Of a stretch of DNA of 33,266 nucleotides, positions 1 through 7,610 are shown piece by piece (positions within the stretch are counted from its first letter, which is position 1; every line of letters starts with the position of its first letter). The notes under the pieces are model-generated. The model did no database searches and had not been told where the DNA came from. It was given only the letters and a program-made list of their open reading frames with translations. This DNA comes from a virus, in the IMG/VR virus record IMGVR_UViG_3300009481_000051, positions 1-33,266 of that record, one strand, 5' to 3'. Position numbers and translations under genes: made by a program.

Positions 1-85
1 GCGGCGCTAATCGTAATCACCACGCCAGAAACAGCCATGAGTATTTTACCGGACATGCCCGTCCACTTGGAAAGAAACAAGATAC
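1..85. repeat. Terminal overlap copy 1, identical to 33182-33266. It marks circular closure or terminal redundancy.
   Basis: Base-by-base comparison shows 1-85 = 33182-33266. The repeat lies inside a minus-strand ORF that reads through the junction. Confidence 0.95.
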
Positions 86-209
86 GGTCAAGTTGTTCAG
101 CGCGGGTGGCCGCATTCGGCGTGTCGGTTTGAAACCAGAAACGGTCCATTTTCGCGCAGTGTTCTTTCATCGCGGTAAACTCTGCCCGTTGTTCCGGTGT
201 CATGTCCAT
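1..209 (-). CDS. 5' part of a junction-spanning gene for a small protein with a C-terminal TM helix (holin/antiholin candidate). The full gene runs 209->1, then 33181->33142, and encodes 82 aa.
   Basis: Hand translation from ATG at 209 gives MDMTPEQRAEFTAMKEHCAKMDRFWFQTDTPNAATRAEQLDRILFLSKWTGMSGKILMAVSGVVITISAA. It continues in frame across the junction as YFALVKLLGVGS*. An AAAGG motif sits 4 nt upstream. The stop overlaps the next gene's GTG (GTGA). Confidence 0.6.
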   Translation of the reverse strand, partial: MDMTPEQRAEFTAMKEHCAKMDRFWFQTDTPNAATRAEQLDRILFLSKWTGMSGKILMAVSGVVITISA

Positions 210-271
210 AAGCCTTTGGTATCAGAACGCACAGTATCGGCGTAGTTGTCTTTTTAGTTATGGTTGCTCTG

Positions 272-508
272 TCATGCTGTTTGTGATGTGCCCGCGATTG
301 CTGCTCGTATTGGTGTTAAATCCTCATTGGTCCAAAAATCCCGTGCCAACATTATCCTCAAGTGTTCCCGATTGCGGGCGACCTCTTCCATCTCTTCCGG
401 GTCAGTTGATCCATTCAGACGGTTGATTACATCCACACTATCCAAACACGCAGAATAGGCCGCGGCTGCAACTTCTTCGGGTGTCGGCTCTGTTAAAACA
501 TCTTCCAT
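272..508 (-). CDS. Hypothetical acidic protein, 78 aa
   Basis: The ATG directly follows the tail-fibre TGA (TGAATG). The ORF is on the same strand as the surrounding operon. Confidence 0.6.
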   Translation of the reverse strand: MEDVLTEPTPEEVAAAAYSACLDSVDVINRLNGSTDPEEMEEVARNREHLRIMLARDFWTNEDLTPIRAAIAGTSQTA

Positions 509-1789
509 TCAGAACTTCCCTTCCAGTTTTTCCAGCCTTGCGGTAAGTTCTTGAATGGCGTTTACCAGAACTGGTATCAAGGCGGTTTCATTCAGTTTAA
601 GTTTGTCAGGATTTGAGGCATCAACAATAACCGGGTTGCCCTTCTCAATTGCCAGAACATCTTGAGCAAGGAAGCCGTAACGAACCGGCCCGTGCGCCTC
701 ACCGCCACGCTTTTCAGTGTATCTGTGAGAGCTTGGCTTAAGAAGATTGACAAAATCCAACCCTATGTGAACCCCACCAAATTCCGCCTTATCCCGCTTG
801 TCGGACGTAACAGTCCACGCAACCTGTACGTGAGCGCCAGTGACTGAACCATTACCCATTGTTACCGTGTTTGCCCCGTTCCCGGTCATGCCGTGGCCGA
901 TAACAATTTGATTGGCCTCGCCGTCCGCCTTGGCTCTTGTGCTTTGGCCGATATATATTGATTGCGAGGCGGTTATATTTGAAGTCGAGCCACCAGTTAT
1001 ATACCTGCCCGATTGATAGCCGATAGCGATGTTGTTGTTGCCAGTGGTCAATTTACTCAGAGATTGAAACCCAATAGCCGTGTTATCGCTGCCGGTTGTA
1101 ACATCGCCCAACGCCTGAATGCCAATAGCGAAGCCGCGCACAGCCGTTGTCGCAGTTTGGTAAGCCTGAAAGCCGATTGCTGTGTTGTTATTACCATTGC
1201 ACGCCTTCAGTGCGTCCGCACCTATCGCAACGCACTGAATGGCTGTTGTGTTGGCTGTCAGGGCGTCACTGCCTATCGCAATGTGGCTTATGCCTGTGGT
1301 GTTGCTGTCCAAGGCCGCTGATCCAAACGCGAGATTGGATGCAATGTCACCACCGCTGCGACCGATTATTGCTCCGTTTATAAGAGCATCGGTGGTTGAC
1401 GTGACTGAGTTGAAGGTAGTGTCGTCCGCCTGTGCAACGCCTTGATCAATCGCCTTGACCGCCGCTATATTCGTAAGCTCGCTATCCATCAGCGCCCCGG
1501 CAGCGGCTACATTTGTTGCGTCCGTCGCATCGGCTGCGGCCTCAACCCCGTCCAGCTTGGTGCCGTCTGCGGCCACGTCCCGCCCATCAACCGTGCCACC
1601 AAGTGTAATATTGTTGATCCCGGTGATGTTACCGGCAATATCAACGGCAAACTTTGATGTCCCGCCAACCTCTAACTGAATAAGCCGCGATGCCGCGCCG
1701 CTGGCAGTGTTGGTCACGTCAATGTTGATCCCGTACCAAGTGACGGCACCGTCATCCCATGTGTCGGTTAGATTGAAAATATCGGCCAC
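509..1789 (-). CDS. Tail fibre with YadA/Hep_Hag-like NxAIG repeats and a C-terminal S74 intramolecular chaperone (self-cleaving) domain
   Basis: GTG start with GGGAG 7 nt upstream. Repeated motifs are HIAIGSDAL, CVAIGADAL, NTAIGFQ (twice) and NIAIGYQ. The C-terminus reads TSDKRDKAEF...YGFLAQDV...LNETALIPVLVNAIQELTARLEKLE, typical of the peptidase S74 chaperone domain. Confidence 0.85.
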   Translation of the reverse strand: MADIFNLTDTWDDGAVTWYGINIDVTNTASGAASRLIQLEVGGTSKFAVDIAGNITGINNITLGGTVDGRDVAADGTKLDGVEAAADATDATNVAAAGALMDSELTNIAAVKAIDQGVAQADDTTFNSVTSTTDALINGAIIGRSGGDIASNLAFGSAALDSNTTGISHIAIGSDALTANTTAIQCVAIGADALKACNGNNNTAIGFQAYQTATTAVRGFAIGIQALGDVTTGSDNTAIGFQSLSKLTTGNNNIAIGYQSGRYITGGSTSNITASQSIYIGQSTRAKADGEANQIVIGHGMTGNGANTVTMGNGSVTGAHVQVAWTVTSDKRDKAEFGGVHIGLDFVNLLKPSSHRYTEKRGGEAHGPVRYGFLAQDVLAIEKGNPVIVDASNPDKLKLNETALIPVLVNAIQELTARLEKLEGKF

Positions 1790-1791
1790 GA

Positions 1792-4248
1792 TTATCTCCC
1801 TATCGCATTACCAAAATCGGGAAGCCGCGCTCCACCACCGCCAAGCAAGGGCTGTCCCGGTTTATAAAAAAAGTCAGTATCATACTTTCTGGCATTTCGC
1901 ATCCTCCGTCTGAAAGCGCGGTGCGCTCGCGGGTCTACCAGTTGCTCAAGTTGGTCCAAAACCTCGCGGTTGTAGGCCGCGCTCAACGCCCAATGCGACC
2001 CGCCCGGCGTGTATCTGCGCAGAAATCCAACAGCCTCACTGGCCGCGCCCGTTCTCTCGCCCTTCATCAGTTGCTGCACGTTGCCAGCCGTCAATCGCAA
2101 CACATCGTCAGCGAGGCTTATAGTCGGGCCTGTCAGGGTCTCCGGCAAACCACCACCAAAGCGGTTGTAATCATCAAACAGGAAATCCCCGAATAGACCA
2201 AGGCCACCACCCTGCGCTGCCGCTGCGGTCCAAAACTTTCCCGTGGTCATATCGCGCGGGTCTTTGCCCTTGCTGATTTCTTTCAGTTGAATTGCCACCG
2301 CGCCAAGCAATGTTGCACCAACACTAAAGCTCGCCAGATAGCCAATAGCCCCAGCCGGACGGCCTGCGTAGGCTTCACGCACAACATGGCTAATGTGAGT
2401 GGTCAAGACAGTGACCGGAAACATTTTATACTGCATCCCGGACAAGCCAATCTCACCAATAAGCGTGCCGGGCTGGACGCGATCAAGAATGGCCGTCTTT
2501 GCCCGCATACTGTGCGTTGGCACCGCAAACTCGGTAAGCGATAATATCATTTCCTGATATTTATCCGCCAACCGTTGCCCGGCCACTTCCTCAATTTCCT
2601 GCGCCCGCAGAATTTCAACGCCGCCCTCTTTGTGAACATTGGCCGTCCGCATCAAATCCCAATCGCGGGCGGTAATGCCGTAATCCGCAAAAGTCCTTGC
2701 TGTTCCCCGGTCAAAATCGCCAAGCGCCTTGCTGTTCCAGTCAGTGCCAGCGTGGCTCATAAACTCCAACCCGAACAAATGTCGTCGTTGCTCAGTAATC
2801 CAGCCAAGGCCGGTTGATCTTATTACCGCCTCGGCAGTTCGTGACGCCCATTCAACGTGCATTTCTTCAAGCTCAAACCGCGCTGCCGCGTGGCCAATGT
2901 CAACACCGTTTTTAAAGATCAGACCGGCCTTGCTTGCCTGCTCGCGCATGGCCGGGCTTGCCAACATTTTCGCCATCGCTCTGACTGACGGAATATGGCC
3001 CATGCCCACGCGAGCCTTTGTGATCCGCGCCGCGTTAATGTCCGTCACCGAACTAAACACCGCGCGACCAAGCTGCGCAGCGGCAAGGGATGAACGGGTT
3101 GCCGACATAAAGCGGGCAAAGCCGGGATGACGTGGCGCATTCACCCGGCCAGTGTATCGAGCATAAAGACTTTTGGCTGTCTCGGTCGATCCGTGCGCCT
3201 TGCTCTTAGGGCCGTGACGCAACGCCTCTATTCTTTTGGCGCTGTCGATAAGGTGCTGAAAGCCAAGGTCGGGGTTGGGACCGAGAACCTCCATCCGGGC
3301 GATGTCCATTGCCATACTGTCAATGTGACCCATCATAATCCGAAAAATGTCCTGACCGCGCCCAAATTCCTGATTGTATTCAAGCCAAGCCTGCGCGTCC
3401 TTGAATTTGAAAAATCTGTGATCGGCCTTGCGGTTGTAAAGCGCCGACCCTCGGTTGCCCGGCTTCTTCCGTGTCCATCCGTCAGTACGGGCCGCGTGGA
3501 AAGAGCTATGCAAGTGCTTCTCAATCGACCGAGCGGTGAACGGCAGGCCGGTTGTTTCGTCAATCATATTGACCAGATCAAGTCGCGGCAAAATGAAGTC
3601 GCGCCAACCTTCAAACCCAGCCTTAACGATTGCCCGCGCATCGTGAAACTGCGGCAACCCCCAATCGGCTCGCTTTGGAATATGGCCACCGGCTGCGTTA
3701 AACCGGGTGCGCAATTCCTCGAAAACGCCTGACGCTACCCGCGCAAAATCCCGCGCCCGAACATTGCCGCTTGACCCGCCGAATATCTCGGTCGCCACGT
3801 CATCAAGGAGCGCCTTGTTTCGGCGAACCGTGAACATTGTCGAGCGAAACGCCTTGATTGCGTCAGTCATTCGGCCCCGCATTTTGCCAACAATAACATC
3901 CCGCCGCCCAACCAGTGTTTCACCGCGAGCGCCAAGGCGTTGCTCTACAACGTCTTTTGCAAACGCGCCCGCGTCCTCCACATTAAAGATGTTTTTGTGC
4001 GTGGTCATGCGCGACAGGTTGCGCTGCGCGGTCGCCGCCTGCAATTGACTGACGCGACGGCGCTGTGCCGCCATTGTTTTAGCCGCTTTCAAGACAGTAC
4101 GCGCGGTCTGCGCTTGGGCCTGCGTGTGGCCCATGTTGTTGCGCATTGACGCAAATACGTTGTCGTATTCTTCCAGTATCACCCGCGCCCGCGCTGGATC
4201 AATATCGCCCGCGTCTACCGCTCGCTTAACGCAATCCTGCCAACTCAT
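1792..4248 (-). CDS. Large internal virion/ejection-type protein (818 aa) with a C-terminal TM and Gly-rich segment
   Basis: The ATG at 4248 forms an ATGA overlap with the upstream stop; the track's GTG at 4254 is an alternative. The gene sits between the internal proteins and the tail fibre. The hydrophobic segment is GAIGYLASFSVGATLLGAVAIQL followed by GGGLGLFGDFLFDD. Confidence 0.6.
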   Translation of the reverse strand: MSWQDCVKRAVDAGDIDPARARVILEEYDNVFASMRNNMGHTQAQAQTARTVLKAAKTMAAQRRRVSQLQAATAQRNLSRMTTHKNIFNVEDAGAFAKDVVEQRLGARGETLVGRRDVIVGKMRGRMTDAIKAFRSTMFTVRRNKALLDDVATEIFGGSSGNVRARDFARVASGVFEELRTRFNAAGGHIPKRADWGLPQFHDARAIVKAGFEGWRDFILPRLDLVNMIDETTGLPFTARSIEKHLHSSFHAARTDGWTRKKPGNRGSALYNRKADHRFFKFKDAQAWLEYNQEFGRGQDIFRIMMGHIDSMAMDIARMEVLGPNPDLGFQHLIDSAKRIEALRHGPKSKAHGSTETAKSLYARYTGRVNAPRHPGFARFMSATRSSLAAAQLGRAVFSSVTDINAARITKARVGMGHIPSVRAMAKMLASPAMREQASKAGLIFKNGVDIGHAAARFELEEMHVEWASRTAEAVIRSTGLGWITEQRRHLFGLEFMSHAGTDWNSKALGDFDRGTARTFADYGITARDWDLMRTANVHKEGGVEILRAQEIEEVAGQRLADKYQEMILSLTEFAVPTHSMRAKTAILDRVQPGTLIGEIGLSGMQYKMFPVTVLTTHISHVVREAYAGRPAGAIGYLASFSVGATLLGAVAIQLKEISKGKDPRDMTTGKFWTAAAAQGGGLGLFGDFLFDDYNRFGGGLPETLTGPTISLADDVLRLTAGNVQQLMKGERTGAASEAVGFLRRYTPGGSHWALSAAYNREVLDQLEQLVDPRAHRAFRRRMRNARKYDTDFFYKPGQPLLGGGGARLPDFGNAIGR

Positions 4249-7200
4249 AAGCACAACTCCACTTGCTCTATAAACTCGTCGTCAGCATCCAGCTCATCCG
4301 CCAACTCTTGCCGCGAGATAGTGCGAACCTCAAGATCGCCGTCAGCATTTCGAAACTCGGCCACCGGAACCTCGTCAAACATATCAGCTTGCGCACGGGC
4401 AACATCATCAAACAGCCCGCCCGGCGCATCAGCGCCACCACGCAAAGGTGCCGATTGCAACGCCTCTAGTCGATCAAGCGGTGTGATCGGCTCAACGCCC
4501 TCAATTAAGAACTGGTCGCCTGCCGCAGTTCCCTCGCTCGCCTGATCGTTGAGCGCATCACCTCTGTTGGCAGGCGATCCCTGTCCGCGTCCCGGTAAAT
4601 CGTAACCGCTTCCCGTGAGGGGGTTTTCACCCTTTTGGCCGCTGATTGGCTTTGTTTCGGTTTTCGGTCCGTTGTTGTCGATTTCGGCATATCCTGCCTC
4701 CTTGCCTTCGTTTCTCAACGTGAGAAAAGTTTCATGGGGTTTTACCCCCACATCATCCAAAACCTTTGGCGGGATTAGCCGCCCGGTGTTTACAAAACGC
4801 AACATCATGCGCCTGTAAGCGGCTCGCGGTGAAACATCCATACTGACAATTCGCACCTTGTAACCGGCATTTCTAAACCGTTGCGATGTAGCTCTAATAG
4901 ATGACGGGTTGGAGCCGACTTTTGGATAAACGATATTTGTTCCATCCTCAATCATCGCTGCCTCAAGCCAGAACGTCAATTCCGCCCCTTCTTCATGCAC
5001 CGCATTAGAGCCAATGCCGCCACGAAATTCCGGGATTGTCTTTTTGATGTCGTCTGCGTCAACTATTGCAGCGCCGCGAGCCAGAGCTATGTTGTTGGCA
5101 ATCGTTGATTTGCCAGACGCCGGTGGACCCAAAACGATTGTGACCTCTTTGTCAGCACGAACGCCCGTAAACTCTGCACCAGTTTCGCCAGACGCCAGTT
5201 GTTCCGCTCGATCTATCCACCGGGCAAGCGCCTGATCTGTGCCAACAACTTCCACGCCGTCAAAGTCATAGACCCTGTTATCGTGCCACGCCTGCGTGGC
5301 GTATCTCGGAAATGTCGAGGTTTCCGGCAGCGCCTCCATGTCAGCGATTGCCTTTGTCACAGCCGGGTGACTGTCTATTGTCGCGCGATCTGCACCAGCC
5401 GCGATAACATCCCCTAGATCGGCCCGCGCCTTTTCGTCCGGTGAAAACCCCTCGCGCAAATCGTCGTTCTCGGCAATCCGCGTGGCCTCGATCTGGTCAG
5501 CCACGCCCGCACCGGCTGGATCGTCAAAATCTAAGTTGGGATCAGGTGGTTGCTCGCCCGCATCAACAGATTTCGCGCCTTGTCTTGGTGTGCGAGCTTC
5601 AAGCCCAGCGATACCATTTCGCTGAACCTCTGTTCTGACAGCGGTGGCAACGGCTTCGGCTGCGTCCTTGAGGCGACCTTTTTCTTTATACGCTTTCGCT
5701 TGGGCATTGAGTGCCTCCGATATTGGCCCGGCTCTATGGGCTGTTTTTTGAATGACCGCCAGCGATTGCTCAACCTCTTGTCGGGTCTCCCGGTTGCCTG
5801 TGCGGTCCAGTATGTTTTCGCGGCCTGTCTCAACCCTGTCCGCTTCATTGTCCAGTGTGCGAAACAGATTACGATCTTCCCGCAAAATCCGCATAGCCCG
5901 CTCAAGCACTTTGGCCCGCTCAATAAAAAGGCTCTCAACCACCTCACTGTCGCCAAACAGGTCTTTGGTGGTTTCCCGCGCAACAGGCGTTTCAAGCGCC
6001 TGCGCCACAATGCTTTCAGCCTGTGCAGTTGTTTCCGGGTTTGTCTTTTCCAGCAACCGGGCGATAGGGCCGTGCATTTCAATATCTTCGACCTTACGCC
6101 CAATCATGGCCGCGAACCGCTCCGGTATAACCTCGTTGATAAACAGATCAAACGCCTCGTCTGACAGGCGGGATAATTCTTTGGCGCGGACAATACCCGG
6201 CCCACTTGGCAACTCCGAAATCGCCTCCGGGGCAATGCGCAGAACCTTGGCCGCGTCCCGCGCCATCGCGCCTGTCAGGCCGTCCGCGCTTTCCGCGATG
6301 TTTTTCATGGCCGCAATGACGCGCATATCGTCAATCGAAAATCCGTCAACTTCCTTAAACACCCTCGCGGCGAGTTTAATGTCCTGTCCCGGATCAGCCG
6401 CCATAAGACGATTTGCCAAAGCAACGCGCTGGTGGCCGTCCGCAATCGCCCGACCGCCGTCAGCGTATTCATAAACCAACGTGATCCCTGCCCGCTCCGG
6501 CATCCATTTCTTGATCTTCAACAGCTTTTCCGTGACGCCGCCGGATGCAACGGTCGCGCTCTTGAATTGGAAGCGATCAGGCTGCACCAGCAAATCACCG
6601 GGCGCAACCTCTTCAATCTCGCCGCCTAAGATCGTTTTTAAGGGCCGTGTGGCGGCTGTTGGGCGATCAGGCACTGGAACCTCAGAAAAGTTGTCAGCCG
6701 CCACACGCGCCGCAGATTGCCTTGCCTGCGCCTCATTTACAGCCGCAGGGTCGCCATCTGGCGCGGCAACGGCTTCATCCTCCAAATCATTGATGATTGC
6801 CCGCCCTACAGCCGGAGCCTCTGTGGCAATGTCATCGGTCAAATTTTCGGCCAGCGCTTTTTCTGCCGCCCGCGCGTCTGCGATTGCCCGCCCGCTACGC
6901 GCCAAACCACCAAGCAGACCACCCAACATTGCCGTTGCAAGGACCGCCGTTGTCGCGCTTTCCTCTGGTAAACCAAGATCGCGCATGAATTGATTTCGAA
7001 ACGCAACAGCCGGAACCTCACTGCCACCAGCAACAGCGGCCTCTATCATCATTGTCGCGCCAATCCCCATACGCGATGTTGCGCCAATCGGCAGGGTCAG
7101 TATGACCTCCGCATTGTCCATGCTTGCAGACAGTTCGCCCAGAAAATCCGCCACCCCACCAAAACGCCCACCGCGCTCAATTATATCTGTTCTGACGTGA

Positions 7201-7610
7201 TACCGTAAACGCGCCTCGGCCTCGAATTTTTCCCGCTGTTGGTCAGCGCTTATGCCCTTCATGTAGTCCGGGCGCGGCTCGCCCAACGCATCCAGCTTTT
7301 CGAGCGCTGCCTGATAACGGTCAACGTCATTGGTCCAAGCCTGCAACGCCTGCCCGCCAAGGAACGGGCCAAAATCTTTAAGCTCAGACCTGATTGCATC
7401 AATCTCCGGCTGACCTTGGCGGCGATCCAAAACAGAAAGAACGTGCAATTTCAGCCCGCCGCGTATTCTATGCTCAAGCCGTTCGCGCGATGAAATCTCA
7501 AAAAACTCTTGCGCCCGGTAAAACGACGCCTGTTGAACCTCGCGGAATGTTGTGACCGGCCCGCGCGTGAGACCTATAGGCTCTTTGGTGAACTCAAGAA
7601 GTCCGGTCAT
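4245..7610 (-). CDS. Multidomain ('polyvalent'-type) virion protein (1121 aa) with N-terminal hydrophobic segments, a ParB/Srx-like domain and a zeta-toxin-like P-loop kinase domain
   Basis: ATGA overlap with the upstream gene. ParB-like motif lies at aa ~332-440: VAPGDLLVQPDRFQFK...ITLVYEYADGGRAIADGHQRVALANRL. Zeta-like kinase motif lies at aa ~820-965: VTIVLGPPASGKSTIANN...IVDADDIKKTIPEF...HEEGAELTFWLEAAMIEDGTNIVYPKVG...AGYKVRIVSMDVSPRAAYRRMMLRFVNTGRLIP. Confidence 0.7.
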   Translation of the reverse strand: MTGLLEFTKEPIGLTRGPVTTFREVQQASFYRAQEFFEISSRERLEHRIRGGLKLHVLSVLDRRQGQPEIDAIRSELKDFGPFLGGQALQAWTNDVDRYQAALEKLDALGEPRPDYMKGISADQQREKFEAEARLRYHVRTDIIERGGRFGGVADFLGELSASMDNAEVILTLPIGATSRMGIGATMMIEAAVAGGSEVPAVAFRNQFMRDLGLPEESATTAVLATAMLGGLLGGLARSGRAIADARAAEKALAENLTDDIATEAPAVGRAIINDLEDEAVAAPDGDPAAVNEAQARQSAARVAADNFSEVPVPDRPTAATRPLKTILGGEIEEVAPGDLLVQPDRFQFKSATVASGGVTEKLLKIKKWMPERAGITLVYEYADGGRAIADGHQRVALANRLMAADPGQDIKLAARVFKEVDGFSIDDMRVIAAMKNIAESADGLTGAMARDAAKVLRIAPEAISELPSGPGIVRAKELSRLSDEAFDLFINEVIPERFAAMIGRKVEDIEMHGPIARLLEKTNPETTAQAESIVAQALETPVARETTKDLFGDSEVVESLFIERAKVLERAMRILREDRNLFRTLDNEADRVETGRENILDRTGNRETRQEVEQSLAVIQKTAHRAGPISEALNAQAKAYKEKGRLKDAAEAVATAVRTEVQRNGIAGLEARTPRQGAKSVDAGEQPPDPNLDFDDPAGAGVADQIEATRIAENDDLREGFSPDEKARADLGDVIAAGADRATIDSHPAVTKAIADMEALPETSTFPRYATQAWHDNRVYDFDGVEVVGTDQALARWIDRAEQLASGETGAEFTGVRADKEVTIVLGPPASGKSTIANNIALARGAAIVDADDIKKTIPEFRGGIGSNAVHEEGAELTFWLEAAMIEDGTNIVYPKVGSNPSSIRATSQRFRNAGYKVRIVSMDVSPRAAYRRMMLRFVNTGRLIPPKVLDDVGVKPHETFLTLRNEGKEAGYAEIDNNGPKTETKPISGQKGENPLTGSGYDLPGRGQGSPANRGDALNDQASEGTAAGDQFLIEGVEPITPLDRLEALQSAPLRGGADAPGGLFDDVARAQADMFDEVPVAEFRNADGDLEVRTISRQELADELDADDEFIEQVELCL

